Below, in pieces: positions 10,013 to 20,960 of a DNA stretch of 64,000 nt. A program made the position numbers and the translations under genes. Position 1 is the stretch's first letter; each line of letters starts with the position of its first letter. The stretch is from an uncultured Bacilli bacterium. GTDB taxonomy: Bacteria; Bacillota_I; Bacilli_A; RF39; UBA660. The stretch lies in NCBI GenBank assembly GCA_934122215.1, contig CAKOWF010000001.1, positions 6,995 to 70,994 on the forward strand, in the 5' to 3' direction. A model generated the notes under the pieces. The model saw nothing but the letters and a program-made list of their open reading frames with translations, was not told where the DNA came from and made no database searches.

Positions 10013-10819
10013 CTATTTTACAAATAAATTAATAACAGTCGATATATCTATTTTTAACAAAACAATTATTATAGCTGATAAAGCTAAAAATGGTCCAAAA
10101 GGAATACTATTTTCTGGTATTTCTTCATCTTCAATATATTTTTTATTTTTATATTTAAAACTAAAATATATTGCTACAGGTAAGGCTATAAATGAGGCAA
10201 TAAATATTGAAATAATACTCATTTTCCAGCCAAATACTAATCCAAAAGTAAATAGTAATTTTATATCTCCTCCACCCATAGATTCTTTTTTAAACATAAA
10301 ATCGCCCATTTTTTTCAAAATAAACATTAGTGAGAACGATATTATTCCATTTATTAATGAAGTAGCAAGTAAAGATATACCCCCCTTAACAAATAATAAT
10401 ATAGAAATTATAATCGAACTTGATATTAATACCTCATCTGGTATAATCATCATTTGATAGTCACTAATAATTATTATTAATAACATTGAAATAAATGATA
10501 TTGTTATAAGAAAATCTATACTTGAACCATATATGTAATATGATAAGGCAAATAAGATTCCTGTAGATAATTCGAATATTGGATAAAATAAAGATATTTT
10601 AGATCCACAATGTTTACATTTACCTTTTTGAAATAAATAAGAAAAAAAAGGAACTAATTCACTAGCTCCTAATTTGTGATTACAAGTCGTGCAGTGAGAT
10701 GAAGGATATATTAATGATTGCTTTTTTGGTACCCTATAACCAACTACATTGTAGAAAGATCCTAAGGTTATACCAAAAATAAATGATACAATTAAATAAT
10801 AATATTCCATACTTCTCAC
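10013..10819 (-). CDS. pilD: type IV prepilin peptidase (A24 family, PilD/ComC-like)
   Basis: 268 aa; N-terminal zinc-binding CTTCNHKL...CKHCGSK tetracysteine. Eight TM. Catalytic Asp region (IIISDYQMMIIPDE). Confidence 0.85.
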   Translation of the reverse strand: MRSMEYYYLIVSFIFGITLGSFYNVVGYRVPKKQSLIYPSSHCTTCNHKLGASELVPFFSYLFQKGKCKHCGSKISLFYPIFELSTGILFALSYYIYGSSIDFLITISFISMLLIIIISDYQMMIIPDEVLISSSIIISILLFVKGGISLLATSLINGIISFSLMFILKKMGDFMFKKESMGGGDIKLLFTFGLVFGWKMSIISIFIASFIALPVAIYFSFKYKNKKYIEDEEIPENSIPFGPFLALSAIIIVLLKIDISTVINLFVK

Positions 10820-10822
10820 CTT

Positions 10823-12889
10823 CTAACCATAATTTTGAATTGAACTATACATATTAAACATTGGAACAATTACAGCTAAGATAATTGTACCAACTACTGC
10901 TGTTAAGAATACTGTTAATATTGGTTCAATAAATGATTTAATTCTAGTTACTGATTCTTTATGTAAATCTTGATAATATTCAGATACTTTTCCCATCATT
11001 TCTGCTAACTCACCAGTTTTTTCTCCAGTTACTAACATTTCATAAGCTGGTACAGGAAATGCCCAATGGCCTTCAAATGCTTTAGATATTTTTTCACCCT
11101 TAGCTAAATTTGTTATAGTATCTAGGATTAACATTTTATATATTTCATTGTTTGTAATTTTATTTAATACTTCCATACTATCAGTAATAAATACATTATG
11201 CGCTAATAATGAAGAGAAAGTTTTAGTAAACATTGTAACTTCATTATATATAATAGTTTGACCTATTACAGGAATATGCATTGCTACCCATTGACATATA
11301 GTTCTAAATATTTTGACGTTTTTATATAAGTATATAAATATTAAAATAAATATTACTATGCCAATTAAAATCCAAATTATATAATTTTGTATAAATTCAC
11401 TTACTGCTATTACAGCTAATGTAAATGATGGTATCTGTGATGCATCCATAGTTTCATATATTTCAACAAATTGTGGAATAACAAACATCATTATAAAAGT
11501 AATTACTGCTGTAGCAAATACAAATACAATTGATGGATATGTTAATGCTGTTATCATTTGTTTTCTAGTACGCTCTGTTTCTGTATAATAATTAGCCATG
11601 TCATCTAAAACTTCTGGAAGTTCTCCAGTCATTTCAGCAGTTTTAACCATATTAATTAATAATCTTGGAAATGCTACATTTTGTTTTAATAAAGCTTCAC
11701 TAAAATTTTCACCTGTTGTTAAATCATATACGACACTTTCAAATATTTTTTTATAGCTTTTCTTTTTGAATTGTCTAGAAAGAATTTTTAATGCTTCAAC
11801 AAGTGGTATACCTGCTTTTATATATGTTGATAATTGTGTTAAAAAGAAAATCAAATCTTTTGTTTTTATTTTTGTGTAATTAGTACTTCTACTTCCATGT
11901 AGAAATTGAATCCACTTATTAGTTCTTATACTATATACTTCAAATCCTTCACTCAATAAATAAGAATGTACTTCAACTTTTGAAAAAGCTTCAAAGTATC
12001 CTTTAACTACTTGTCCTTCTTTATTTTTAGCAACATATTCATATAGTAATTTTACATCACTTTTTTGAGCATCTTCTCCATCAAAATTTATTAGAAGAGC
12101 TTCTTTTTCCATCATCTTTTTATTTCGACTATGTTTTACAAAGTCATTATTATTAAACTTGTTTTTAATAGCTGTTGGAATGTTTAATATTCCTTCCCAC
12201 ATTTTCTTTAGTTTTTGTTTAAATCCTGATGTTGAAATATCCACATTCTTATCAATATAGCTATCATTTTCTTTTTTCTTTTTTTCTGCTTGCTTTTCAG
12301 CTTTTCGTATTCTTGCTTCTTCTTTTTTCTTATATTTTTCTTCATCTAAAGCAAGTTTTTGCATTTTTTCTTGATCTCTAACTATTTTTCTTTGAACTTT
12401 TAATTTTTGTTTTTCTAATTTTTTTAACAATTTTTCAGTTATTATTGGTTGTTCATTATATTGTTCAAATAGTTCTTCAGTTTGTTCTACAGAATCGTCT
12501 TTATTTTCTATAACAGGTTCTGTTTTAATTTCTGGTATAGTTTCTTCCATCTTATCGTCAGAAGTTATTTCTAATGTATTTTCTTCTTTTTTATTTTCTA
12601 ATTTTATTTTTGGTTTTTTATTTATTTGTATATACCATATTGGTGTACAGATAAATACACTTATGCCTTTTATAAAATATCTAAATAATTGATATACAAA
12701 ATAGCATACCCAAACAAATCCTTTAATACTATATTCAAATAGTACTAAAATTTTATTTATAGCATACAATGTTCCTATAGTGAAATATCTTATTATATAA
12801 TATGGTATTTTCAATATTGCGAATACTATTTTGTACACAAAAATAAATGGAAGTAAATATATCGGTTTTCGCATATCAAGCACCGCCAT
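10823..12889 (-). CDS. type II secretion / type IV pilus platform protein (GspF/PilC/ComGB family) with ~260-aa N-terminal TM + coiled-coil extension
   Basis: C-terminal ~400 aa has the duplicated GspF domain (DLIFFLTQLSTYIKAGIPLVEALKIL ... second repeat and 3 TM). N-terminal 1-95 has multiple TM helices, and 100-250 is a K/E-rich coiled-coil absent from canonical PilC. Confidence 0.75.
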   Translation of the reverse strand: MAVLDMRKPIYLLPFIFVYKIVFAILKIPYYIIRYFTIGTLYAINKILVLFEYSIKGFVWVCYFVYQLFRYFIKGISVFICTPIWYIQINKKPKIKLENKKEENTLEITSDDKMEETIPEIKTEPVIENKDDSVEQTEELFEQYNEQPIITEKLLKKLEKQKLKVQRKIVRDQEKMQKLALDEEKYKKKEEARIRKAEKQAEKKKKENDSYIDKNVDISTSGFKQKLKKMWEGILNIPTAIKNKFNNNDFVKHSRNKKMMEKEALLINFDGEDAQKSDVKLLYEYVAKNKEGQVVKGYFEAFSKVEVHSYLLSEGFEVYSIRTNKWIQFLHGSRSTNYTKIKTKDLIFFLTQLSTYIKAGIPLVEALKILSRQFKKKSYKKIFESVVYDLTTGENFSEALLKQNVAFPRLLINMVKTAEMTGELPEVLDDMANYYTETERTRKQMITALTYPSIVFVFATAVITFIMMFVIPQFVEIYETMDASQIPSFTLAVIAVSEFIQNYIIWILIGIVIFILIFIYLYKNVKIFRTICQWVAMHIPVIGQTIIYNEVTMFTKTFSSLLAHNVFITDSMEVLNKITNNEIYKMLILDTITNLAKGEKISKAFEGHWAFPVPAYEMLVTGEKTGELAEMMGKVSEYYQDLHKESVTRIKSFIEPILTVFLTAVVGTIILAVIVPMFNMYSSIQNYG

Positions 12890-12988
12890 TCTCTTTATTC
12901 TTATACACTAAATAGATTATATCATAATTTTGTATTTTGTAAAACATTTTTTGTAAAGTTCATATAATATTTTAGAAAGGAGTATATT

Positions 12989-13309
12989 ATGAATTATTAT
13001 AATCCCTATTTCATGCCTTATACTAGTGCTCCAGCAAGTACTGGCTTATTTTCTAGACTATTAGGTGGTAATAAATTAACATTATCTTCTATTTTATCCG
13101 GAACAGGTAAAGTTGTTAATTTTGCTAATCAAGCTATACCACTTGTTAAACAAATAAACCCAGTAATTAAAAATGCTAAAACTATGTTTAAAGTTATGAA
13201 TGAGTTTAAAAAGGTGGAAACACCTAATGTGAATCAAAATGATATAGAAACAAAAAAAGAAGCAGTCATTTCTACTTCCAATACTGAGGGCCCAACTTTT
13301 TTCCTATAA
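12989..13309 (+). CDS. small YqfQ/VrrA-like protein (tentative)
   Basis: 106 aa; GLFSRLLGG...IPLVKQINPVIKNAKTMFKVMNEFKK pattern. Position next to trmK-sigA-dnaG matches B. subtilis yqfQ neighbourhood. 3' end overlaps convergent trmK by ~38 nt. Confidence 0.35.
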   Translation: MNYYNPYFMPYTSAPASTGLFSRLLGGNKLTLSSILSGTGKVVNFANQAIPLVKQINPVIKNAKTMFKVMNEFKKVETPNVNQNDIETKKEAVISTSNTEGPTFFL

Positions 13310-13955
13310 GTTCTATTATCCAATCTATATGTTTCGAATAAGCTAGTCTTTTTTGAGGATATTTATTGGGTATTTTTTTTAGTATGTCTCTATTTTCATA
13401 GAATAATGATTCATAATATCTAAATACCTCATAACTCTTATCTTTTATTAATAATGGTCCTAAATATAGTTCTCTTGCTGTATAATTTTTGCAGCCTTTT
13501 ATAAATTTTATAACTACATAAAATTTATAGTTTTCTAATGCTACTTTTTCTTCTACTATTCTAAATTTTTTTACCATCATTCTTCTTCTCAATAATTTTA
13601 ATTCAGTTTGTGTTGATATAATAATTGATTTTGCTTCATATATTCTTTCATCTTCTAATATTTTTAAGATTGTTTCAGTTCCCATACCAGATAATACGAT
13701 TATTTTATTTTTTATATCCGGAATGTCTTTTAGTCCATCACATACTTTTAATTTTACTTCATTTGTTAGTCCATATCGATATAAATTTTTTCTTGCTTGT
13801 TTTATAGCTCCTTCACTAATATCGGTTGCTATACATTTATTATCATTATACAATGTTAAATATATATCTAATAATGCATGATCACACCCAACATCTATCA
13901 CTTCACTTCCTTTATCTACTAGTGAAGCAATAGTTTTTAATCTTTCATCTAACAT
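13272..13955 (-). CDS. trmK: tRNA (adenine22-N1)-methyltransferase
   Basis: 227 aa; SAM-binding VIDVGCDHALLDIYL, conserved position downstream of sigA (B. subtilis yqfN). Confidence 0.7.
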   Translation of the reverse strand: MLDERLKTIASLVDKGSEVIDVGCDHALLDIYLTLYNDNKCIATDISEGAIKQARKNLYRYGLTNEVKLKVCDGLKDIPDIKNKIIVLSGMGTETILKILEDERIYEAKSIIISTQTELKLLRRRMMVKKFRIVEEKVALENYKFYVVIKFIKGCKNYTARELYLGPLLIKDKSYEVFRYYESLFYENRDILKKIPNKYPQKRLAYSKHIDWIIELIGKKLGPQYWK

Positions 13956-15043
13956 TATTCACCCATGTAATCTTTTAATTTTCTAGAACGACTTGGGTGT
14001 CTTAATTTTCTTAAAGCTTTAGCTTCAATTTGTCTAATTCTTTCACGAGTTACACCAAATAATTGCCCAACTTCTTCTAATGTTCTTGATTTTCCATCTT
14101 CTAAGCCAAAACGTAAACGGATTACTTTTTCTTCTCTTTCAGTTAGTGTTAATAATACTTTAGATATTTCATCTTTTAGCATTTCATTTGTTGCATATTC
14201 TTCTGGTGATACATTTCTTTCATCTTTTATAAAATCTCCTAAATGAGAATCTTCTTCTTCTCCAATAGGTGTTTCTAAGCTAACTGGTTCTTGACTAATT
14301 TTGTATATTTCTCTTATTCTATCTACTGATGTATGCATTTTTTCTGCTAATTCTTCTTCTGTTGGTTCACGATTTAATTCTAGTGTTAATTGTCTTTGGA
14401 TACGAGCTAATTTGTTAATAGTTTCTACCATATGAACAGGAACACGTATTGTTCTTGCTTGATCGGCTATTGCTCTAGTTATAGCTTGTCTAATCCACCA
14501 TGTAGCATATGTAGAAAATTTAAAACCTTTTCCAACATCAAATTTATCTACTGCTTTCATTAAACCAATATTACCTTCTTGAATTAAATCTAGGAATAAC
14601 ATTCCTCTTCCAACATATCTTTTAGCTATACTTACAACTAATCTTAAATTGGCTTCTGCTAGTATCTTTTTAGCTTCTTCATCACCATTTAAAATTCTAT
14701 CAGATAATTCTAATTCTTCTTCCATAGAAAGTAATTTTATTTGACCTATTTCTTTTAGGTACATTCTAACAGGATCATTAATGGTTAAATCTTTTGTTAA
14801 AACTTCATCATCTAGTAATAATGGTGAACCACCATCTTCTTCACTAGTTCCTGCTTCATCTTCTGATACTACTGCTATACTATTTTCATTAAAAGTATTG
14901 TATAAATCATCTAATGAATCTGCATCTAATTCTAATCCTTTTAAAGCATTTGCTAGTTCTTCATAAGTGATAAAACCTTTTTCTTTACCATTTTTTACTA
15001 ATTCTTGTTTTCTTTCTTCAAAACTTTTAATTTCATTTACCAT
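13955..15043 (-). CDS. sigA: RNA polymerase primary sigma factor
   Basis: Regions 1.2-4.2 evident ([27 protein letters not shown]; C-terminal 4.2 HTH). 362 aa. Confidence 0.95.
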   Translation of the reverse strand: MVNEIKSFEERKQELVKNGKEKGFITYEELANALKGLELDADSLDDLYNTFNENSIAVVSEDEAGTSEEDGGSPLLLDDEVLTKDLTINDPVRMYLKEIGQIKLLSMEEELELSDRILNGDEEAKKILAEANLRLVVSIAKRYVGRGMLFLDLIQEGNIGLMKAVDKFDVGKGFKFSTYATWWIRQAITRAIADQARTIRVPVHMVETINKLARIQRQLTLELNREPTEEELAEKMHTSVDRIREIYKISQEPVSLETPIGEEEDSHLGDFIKDERNVSPEEYATNEMLKDEISKVLLTLTEREEKVIRLRFGLEDGKSRTLEEVGQLFGVTRERIRQIEAKALRKLRHPSRSRKLKDYMGE

Positions 15044-16799
15044 AATATCCCTCTTTCTTTATTTCTTGTTCTTCTCTTGTTAAATCTAGTATTTTTATTG
15101 CAATTTCATTTCTTTCATTTTTATCAATAACAGTATGCATTAATTCCTGTAATCTTTTTTTCTCTATTTTTATATTATTTAATTTTATTGTATATATATA
15201 CCCAAGTATTTCTTCTTTTGTATATTCTTCTTTTAAGTTTAATAATAACAGTTCATTTATAGTATTTGTTTCTTCTTCATCATTTATAAATTCAGATAAA
15301 AGATCAGCAACTTTAATATCACTTGTTTTAGATATTGCTATTACTTCTAAAGCTAATTTTCTATATCTACTTGTTTGTAAAAATACTTTATTATTATTGA
15401 ATATAGTTACTACTTCTTTGCTATTAATTAAATAATACATTAGTGACTGTTCTGCTTTTAATGCAGCTGTAGTTTGTTTATTTTGAATTACTACTTCTTT
15501 TGGTGTCTCTTTTGTTTGTTCGTTCATATTTTCTAATTTTTCTCTTAAAATGTCAAGACCTAAATTACTTTCAGTTGAAAGTTTTTGTAAAGTTAATTCT
15601 TTTAAAATAACATCATCAGTTTTATTTACTTCATTTAACACATTATTTATATATTTTGAATATTCAACTTGATCTGTTAAATTTAAATCTTTTTTTAAAT
15701 ATTTTAGCTTAAAATCCATAATACTTATTGGATTATTTATTTTATCTAAAAATGAATTCCCATATTTTTTTATATATTCATCAGGATCTAAATTTTCTTC
15801 CAATCTAACCACTTTGGGTATTACATTTAATTTTCCTAATTCTTCACTACATGAAAATGTTGCTTTTGCACCAGCACCATCACCATCAAAACATAATATT
15901 ACTTCTTTTGCCATTCTTTTTATTAAATTAGCTTGATTTTCTGTTACAGCCGTACCCATAGTTGCTACCACATTTTTTATTCCTACTTTATATGCTGCAA
16001 TAACATCCATAAATCCTTCCATTACTATAATTTTTCCGGTTTTTCTTGCTTCTTCTTTCGCCCTATGATAATTATATAAAAGTTCTCCTTTTTTGAATAT
16101 TGGTGTTTCTTTTGTATTAACATATTTTGCAGTATCTAATGAATCATATATTCTTCCACTATATCCAACTATATTTCCATTTAAATCATATAATGGAAAC
16201 ATAATTCTATTATAGTAAATATCATGTAATCCTTTTTCATTATCTCCTACTAACCCACTATTTATTAAATCTTTTTCTTTGTATCCTTTTTTTAATAACA
16301 TATTTGTTATTAATTTAGAATCTTTAATTGCTAATCCAATTCCAAATTCTTTTATTATTTCATTTGTTATTTCCCTATTTTTTAGATATTCTTTTGCTTT
16401 TATTCCTAATTCTGAATTTAGGTTATTTTGATATATTTTTTGACTTGTTTCATATATATCATATAATTCTTTATTTTTGTTTGTTTTTTGTTTTACATTT
16501 CCTAATGATATAGTTATTCCTGCTTTATCTGCTAATTTTTTTAAAGCTTCTACAAAATTAATATTTTCATAATTCATTAAGAATGTTATTACATTACCAC
16601 TTGCTCCACAGGAAAAGCATCTATATATTTGTTTTTCTCTTGAAACACTCATACTTGGTGAATGATCAGCATGAAAAGGACAAACACCAAAGAAATTTTT
16701 TCCTTTGGCTGTTAATGGTATGTATTCGGAAATAACATCGACAATATCAACACTATTTCTAATTTCTTTGATTTCTGATTCTTTCAAATAATTATCCAT
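15033..16799 (-). CDS. dnaG: DNA primase
   Basis: N-terminal zinc ribbon [13 protein letters not shown]...CFSCG, TOPRIM (MEGFMDVIA), overlaps sigA start as in the conserved dnaG-sigA operon. Confidence 0.95.
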   Translation of the reverse strand: MDNYLKESEIKEIRNSVDIVDVISEYIPLTAKGKNFFGVCPFHADHSPSMSVSREKQIYRCFSCGASGNVITFLMNYENINFVEALKKLADKAGITISLGNVKQKTNKNKELYDIYETSQKIYQNNLNSELGIKAKEYLKNREITNEIIKEFGIGLAIKDSKLITNMLLKKGYKEKDLINSGLVGDNEKGLHDIYYNRIMFPLYDLNGNIVGYSGRIYDSLDTAKYVNTKETPIFKKGELLYNYHRAKEEARKTGKIIVMEGFMDVIAAYKVGIKNVVATMGTAVTENQANLIKRMAKEVILCFDGDGAGAKATFSCSEELGKLNVIPKVVRLEENLDPDEYIKKYGNSFLDKINNPISIMDFKLKYLKKDLNLTDQVEYSKYINNVLNEVNKTDDVILKELTLQKLSTESNLGLDILREKLENMNEQTKETPKEVVIQNKQTTAALKAEQSLMYYLINSKEVVTIFNNNKVFLQTSRYRKLALEVIAISKTSDIKVADLLSEFINDEEETNTINELLLLNLKEEYTKEEILGYIYTIKLNNIKIEKKRLQELMHTVIDKNERNEIAIKILDLTREEQEIKKEGYYGK

Positions 16800-16859
16800 G
16801 TCATTTCCTCCTTTAGTATATTTTTTTATTTATTAAACATAATATTAGTGGTGAGATTT

Positions 16860-17396
16860 ATGAATTTAAAGAAAGTTAAAATTATAAATGTTTTTGCAGT
16901 ATTTTTGCTATCTTTTTTAGCACATAATATATATAAATGGTTTCCTAATACGATTACTTCAATATTTTTTCCAGTTAATGAAAGTATTTTTGAACATATG
17001 AAAATTATTTCTACTTGCTTTTTATCTTATGGAATTTTTGAATTTTTTATAATTAAACATTTTAATATTAAATTTAATAATTATTTATTTTCTTGTTTTT
17101 TATCTGTTTTATTAGGTATAATTATTTACCTAATTATATTTGTACCAATTCATTTATTTATAAGTCGTTCTATGTTTATACCAATTATTTTATTATTTAT
17201 AGTCTACATTTTCATGAACATAATAAGTTACTATATTTTAACAATTAATGAAATACCTCATATAGAAAATATTTCAATAATTTTAGTAATTGCTTTATAT
17301 ATTTTATTTGGATATCTTACTTATAAGCCTCCACATATTTTCTTATTTTTTGATACTGTTTTAGAAAAATATGGTATTAATGAATATTTAGTTTAA
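16860..17396 (+). CDS. hypothetical polytopic membrane protein
   Basis: ORF-track start is GTG at 16848. ATG at 16860 after GGTGAGA. About 5 TM helices, no motif. Confidence 0.45.
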   Translation: MNLKKVKIINVFAVFLLSFLAHNIYKWFPNTITSIFFPVNESIFEHMKIISTCFLSYGIFEFFIIKHFNIKFNNYLFSCFLSVLLGIIIYLIIFVPIHLFISRSMFIPIILLFIVYIFMNIISYYILTINEIPHIENISIILVIALYILFGYLTYKPPHIFLFFDTVLEKYGINEYLV

Positions 17397-19148
17397 AATT
17401 CCTTTTATTCTCCTTACACCTGAAGAAGATGCTTCTTCTTTTTTTATAGTGAAATGTCCTAATTCTTTAGTGTTTTTTACATGAGGTCCCCCACATAATT
17501 CTTTAGATACAGTACCATATTTATCATTACCTATTGAGTATACTGTTACAATATCAGGATATTTTTCTATAAACATACATTCTGCTCCTGATTTAATTGC
17601 TTCTTCTTTACTCATTTCTTCAACAGTTACATCTAGTCCTGCTTCTATCCATTCATTAACTAATTTTTCAGTATTCATTTTTTCTTCTTCTGTTAATTTA
17701 TGATCGCAATTGAAGTCAAATCTTAATCTTTCACTAGTAATATTTGAACCTTTTTGGTGAACATCTTTACTAACTGTTATTTTAAGTGCTGCATTTAAAA
17801 GATGTGTAGCTGTATGATATTTTGTTTCAATTTCACCATTACCACCTAATCCACCTTTGAATTGTCCAGCAGATGCTGTTCTACTTTTTTCTTGGTGTTC
17901 CTTAAATTTAGCAATAAATCCTTCTTCATCTACTTTGATATTAAGTTCATTTGCTAATTCTTTTGTTAATTCTATTGGAAATCCATATGTATCAAATAAA
18001 TGAAATGCTGTAATTCCATCTATATCAGAATTATTTTTTGTTACTTTTTCAAATTCTCTTAATCCTTTTTCTAAAGTTCTATTAAATTTCAATTTTTCAT
18101 TTTTTAAAACTTCTAATACAACTTCACGATTATCTTTTAATTCTTTATAATATACTTCATACATATTTAAAATTACTTCTGCAATTCTTTGTTCCCAATC
18201 AGAATTAATATCGATATTTAAGTTTTTAGCATGTCTTATAGCACGTCTAATTAATCTTCTTAAAATATAACCTTGTCCAACATTGCTAGGCTTAATTCCT
18301 GCCGGATCAGCACTTATAAATACAGAAGTTCTCAAATGATCTGCTATAATACGCATACTTTTTTCATTTCCCTCATATGTTTTTCCTGATACTTCTTCAA
18401 TTATTTTTATAACAGGAATCCATATTGATGATGCATAATTATCAGTTTTGCCTTCTAATATAGCAGTCACTCTTTCAACTCCCATTCCTGTATCTACATT
18501 TTTTTTAGGAAGTTCAACAATTTTACCATCTTCATTATGATTGTATTGCATAAATACGTCATTCCATATTTCAACCCATCTGCTATCTTCTGGATCAAAT
18601 GTTTCTGGTATTGGATCATTACTACGCCAATAAAACATTTCAGAATCAGGTCCACATAGTCCTGGCATTTCTAAGTTAGGCCACCAATTATCTTCTTTAG
18701 TAGCGAAAATTCTTTTTTCAGGAATTCCTAATTTTAGCCAAATATTTTTTGTGTATGTATCCATTGGAGCAATTTCATTTCCAGCAAATATTGTTACAGC
18801 TAATCTTTCTACTGGTATATTTAATACTTTTGTTAAAAATTCAAAACTCCATGATATAGCTTCATCTTTAAAATAATCTCCTAATGACCAATTACCTAAC
18901 ATTTCAAAAAATGTATGGTGATATGTATCTCCTACTTCATCCAAATCATTTGTTCTAATACACTTTTGGTAGTCACATAATCTTGTACCATATGGATGTG
19001 GTTGTCCCATTAAGTAAGGTATTAATGGTTGCATTCCTGCTGTATTAAACAAAACTGTATTATCATTTTCTGGTACTACTGGTGCACTTGGTATTTGTTT
19101 ATGCCCTTTACTTACAAAAAAATTTATGTATAAGTCTTTTAAATTCAT
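17388..19148 (-). CDS. alaS: alanine--tRNA ligase, compact form (catalytic + tRNA-recognition + editing domains, no C-Ala domain)
   Basis: 586 aa; class II motifs (FEMLGNWSLGDYFK, GMGVERV), editing-domain HTATHLL (HxxxH) and CGGPH zinc site. Ends right after editing domain. Canonical AlaRS is ~870 aa. Confidence 0.7.
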   Translation of the reverse strand: MNLKDLYINFFVSKGHKQIPSAPVVPENDNTVLFNTAGMQPLIPYLMGQPHPYGTRLCDYQKCIRTNDLDEVGDTYHHTFFEMLGNWSLGDYFKDEAISWSFEFLTKVLNIPVERLAVTIFAGNEIAPMDTYTKNIWLKLGIPEKRIFATKEDNWWPNLEMPGLCGPDSEMFYWRSNDPIPETFDPEDSRWVEIWNDVFMQYNHNEDGKIVELPKKNVDTGMGVERVTAILEGKTDNYASSIWIPVIKIIEEVSGKTYEGNEKSMRIIADHLRTSVFISADPAGIKPSNVGQGYILRRLIRRAIRHAKNLNIDINSDWEQRIAEVILNMYEVYYKELKDNREVVLEVLKNEKLKFNRTLEKGLREFEKVTKNNSDIDGITAFHLFDTYGFPIELTKELANELNIKVDEEGFIAKFKEHQEKSRTASAGQFKGGLGGNGEIETKYHTATHLLNAALKITVSKDVHQKGSNITSERLRFDFNCDHKLTEEEKMNTEKLVNEWIEAGLDVTVEEMSKEEAIKSGAECMFIEKYPDIVTVYSIGNDKYGTVSKELCGGPHVKNTKELGHFTIKKEEASSSGVRRIKGILN

Positions 19149-19690
19149 TATTTCACCTCATCTAATATATTATTAATTTTAATTCTTAATTCTTCTAATG
19201 TTCCATTATTGATTATTTTGTAATCATATTTATCATAATTATTTAATGCTGTTTCAGTTATGTGTTGTTGTTGCTTTTCTGTCAAATCAGAATAATTTCT
19301 TTCTATCTTAATTCTAATTACTTTTTCATATTTATTATATGGTACTTCAATTTCTTCTTTTAATCTAGCATCTGCTATTATAATTACATCATAAAAATAT
19401 GAATAGACTTCTATATCTTGTAACATTCTATTTATGAAAAAATTATTATCTATTTTATTTCTTATTATTTCAGTACCTAATTGTTGTAAAAATTCTCTTG
19501 GCTTTGTTTCCTCTGATCCATCCCAATTTAATATTTTTTGTGCATAATTTTTAATTGATTCAGCATAAATTAAATCGATAACTTTCATATTTTTATTATT
19601 ATAATATTCTTTAATATAGTCAGTAATAGTATTTTTACCACTTCTTGCTTTTCCATATATCACAAATATTATAGGTTTCTTTTTTTTCAT
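19148..19690 (-). CDS. P-loop NTPase, (deoxy)nucleotide-kinase-like
   Basis: 180 aa; Walker A YGKARSGKNT at the N-terminus. Stop overlaps alaS start (ATGA). Confidence 0.4.
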   Translation of the reverse strand: MKKKKPIIFVIYGKARSGKNTITDYIKEYYNNKNMKVIDLIYAESIKNYAQKILNWDGSEETKPREFLQQLGTEIIRNKIDNNFFINRMLQDIEVYSYFYDVIIIADARLKEEIEVPYNKYEKVIRIKIERNYSDLTEKQQQHITETALNNYDKYDYKIINNGTLEELRIKINNILDEVK

Positions 19691-19728
19691 TTTTTCACCT
19701 TCATAAACAAAGTACCACTATGTGATAC

Positions 19729-20886
19729 TTATTTTTGATAATTTAGTAGTTCATATTTTTCTATAAAGTATATTATTATTATTTTTATTGCAGCTATTAT
19801 TGGTGTTGATAATACCATTCCAACAATTCCAAAGAAATGTCCAAATATTAATAATCCTACCATTATTGTTACTGGATGTAATTTTGTAGTTTTGCTCATT
19901 ATTACTGGTTGTAATAAATTTCCTTCTAAAAATTGAACTACAAATATTACCAATAAAGTTAATAGTCCGGTTAATGGTCCTTGAGAGAAACCAACTATCA
20001 CAGCTGGAATCCCACCAATATAAGGACCTGCATATGGTATCACGTTTGTTATACCACAGAATAAACCAAATAATAATGCACCTTTAAGTCCTACTAACAT
20101 AAATCCAATTGAAGTTACAACAAATACTAAACTACAGTCATAAAAAGCACCTTTTATAAATCTTCTAAATGATGTATTTACTTCATTTAATAAGTCTCTT
20201 GCATCATTTTGCATTCTTCTTGGTAACCATGTAATCATTAATTCATTTGCATTATCAAATCCAACTAAAAGGTAAAAACCTATAATCAAACCAATTAAAA
20301 ATGTTCCAATACCTGAAAAGAATGATTTTACTGTATTTATTAATAGTTCTGGTAATGATGAAGTTAAACCTATTCCAATTTTTTCAACTTTTTTATATAC
20401 TTCATCTTTCATTGACATTGCATCTAAACCTTCAATGTTATTTAATTTATCAAATATATCATTTATCCAATTTTTAATGCTATCAAATATTGATGGTAAA
20501 GATTTAGCAAAATCATTTATTTGTTCTATTAATATTGGAATTATTGAACCAATTATAATTGCTAAAATTGCTATAAATATTATATAAGCTATAGTTGCTC
20601 CTAAACTTCTTTTTATTCCCTTTTTCTTTAGTTTTTTTACAAAAGGATCAAATAGCCATGCTACAGCAATACCTATAAATAGTGGTGTTAATATTTTTAA
20701 AATAACTAATAATGTTGATTTTATGTTTAATTCTTTAAATAATTTCAATGCTACATAAATAGCTAAAATAATAAACAAACCATACATTATTTTAAGGATT
20801 TTTTTTGATAATCCAATTACATCATTTAAATTTTTTGTATCTACTTCTTTAGTTAATTTTTCTTTTTTGTTAAACATTAGAATCAC
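19729..20886 (-). CDS. AI-2E family transporter (UPF0118/PerM)
   Basis: 385 aa, 8 TM, C-terminal conserved PVTIMVGLLIFGHFFGIVGMVLSTPI segment. Confidence 0.7.
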   Translation of the reverse strand: MILMFNKKEKLTKEVDTKNLNDVIGLSKKILKIMYGLFIILAIYVALKLFKELNIKSTLLVILKILTPLFIGIAVAWLFDPFVKKLKKKGIKRSLGATIAYIIFIAILAIIIGSIIPILIEQINDFAKSLPSIFDSIKNWINDIFDKLNNIEGLDAMSMKDEVYKKVEKIGIGLTSSLPELLINTVKSFFSGIGTFLIGLIIGFYLLVGFDNANELMITWLPRRMQNDARDLLNEVNTSFRRFIKGAFYDCSLVFVVTSIGFMLVGLKGALLFGLFCGITNVIPYAGPYIGGIPAVIVGFSQGPLTGLLTLLVIFVVQFLEGNLLQPVIMSKTTKLHPVTIMVGLLIFGHFFGIVGMVLSTPIIAAIKIIIIYFIEKYELLNYQK

Positions 20887-20960
20887 CCTTGTTGTTATTA
20901 TATCAAAAAAAAAGAAAAAATACCATTTATTTATATCTTTTTAGGTATTTATTTCCATAT

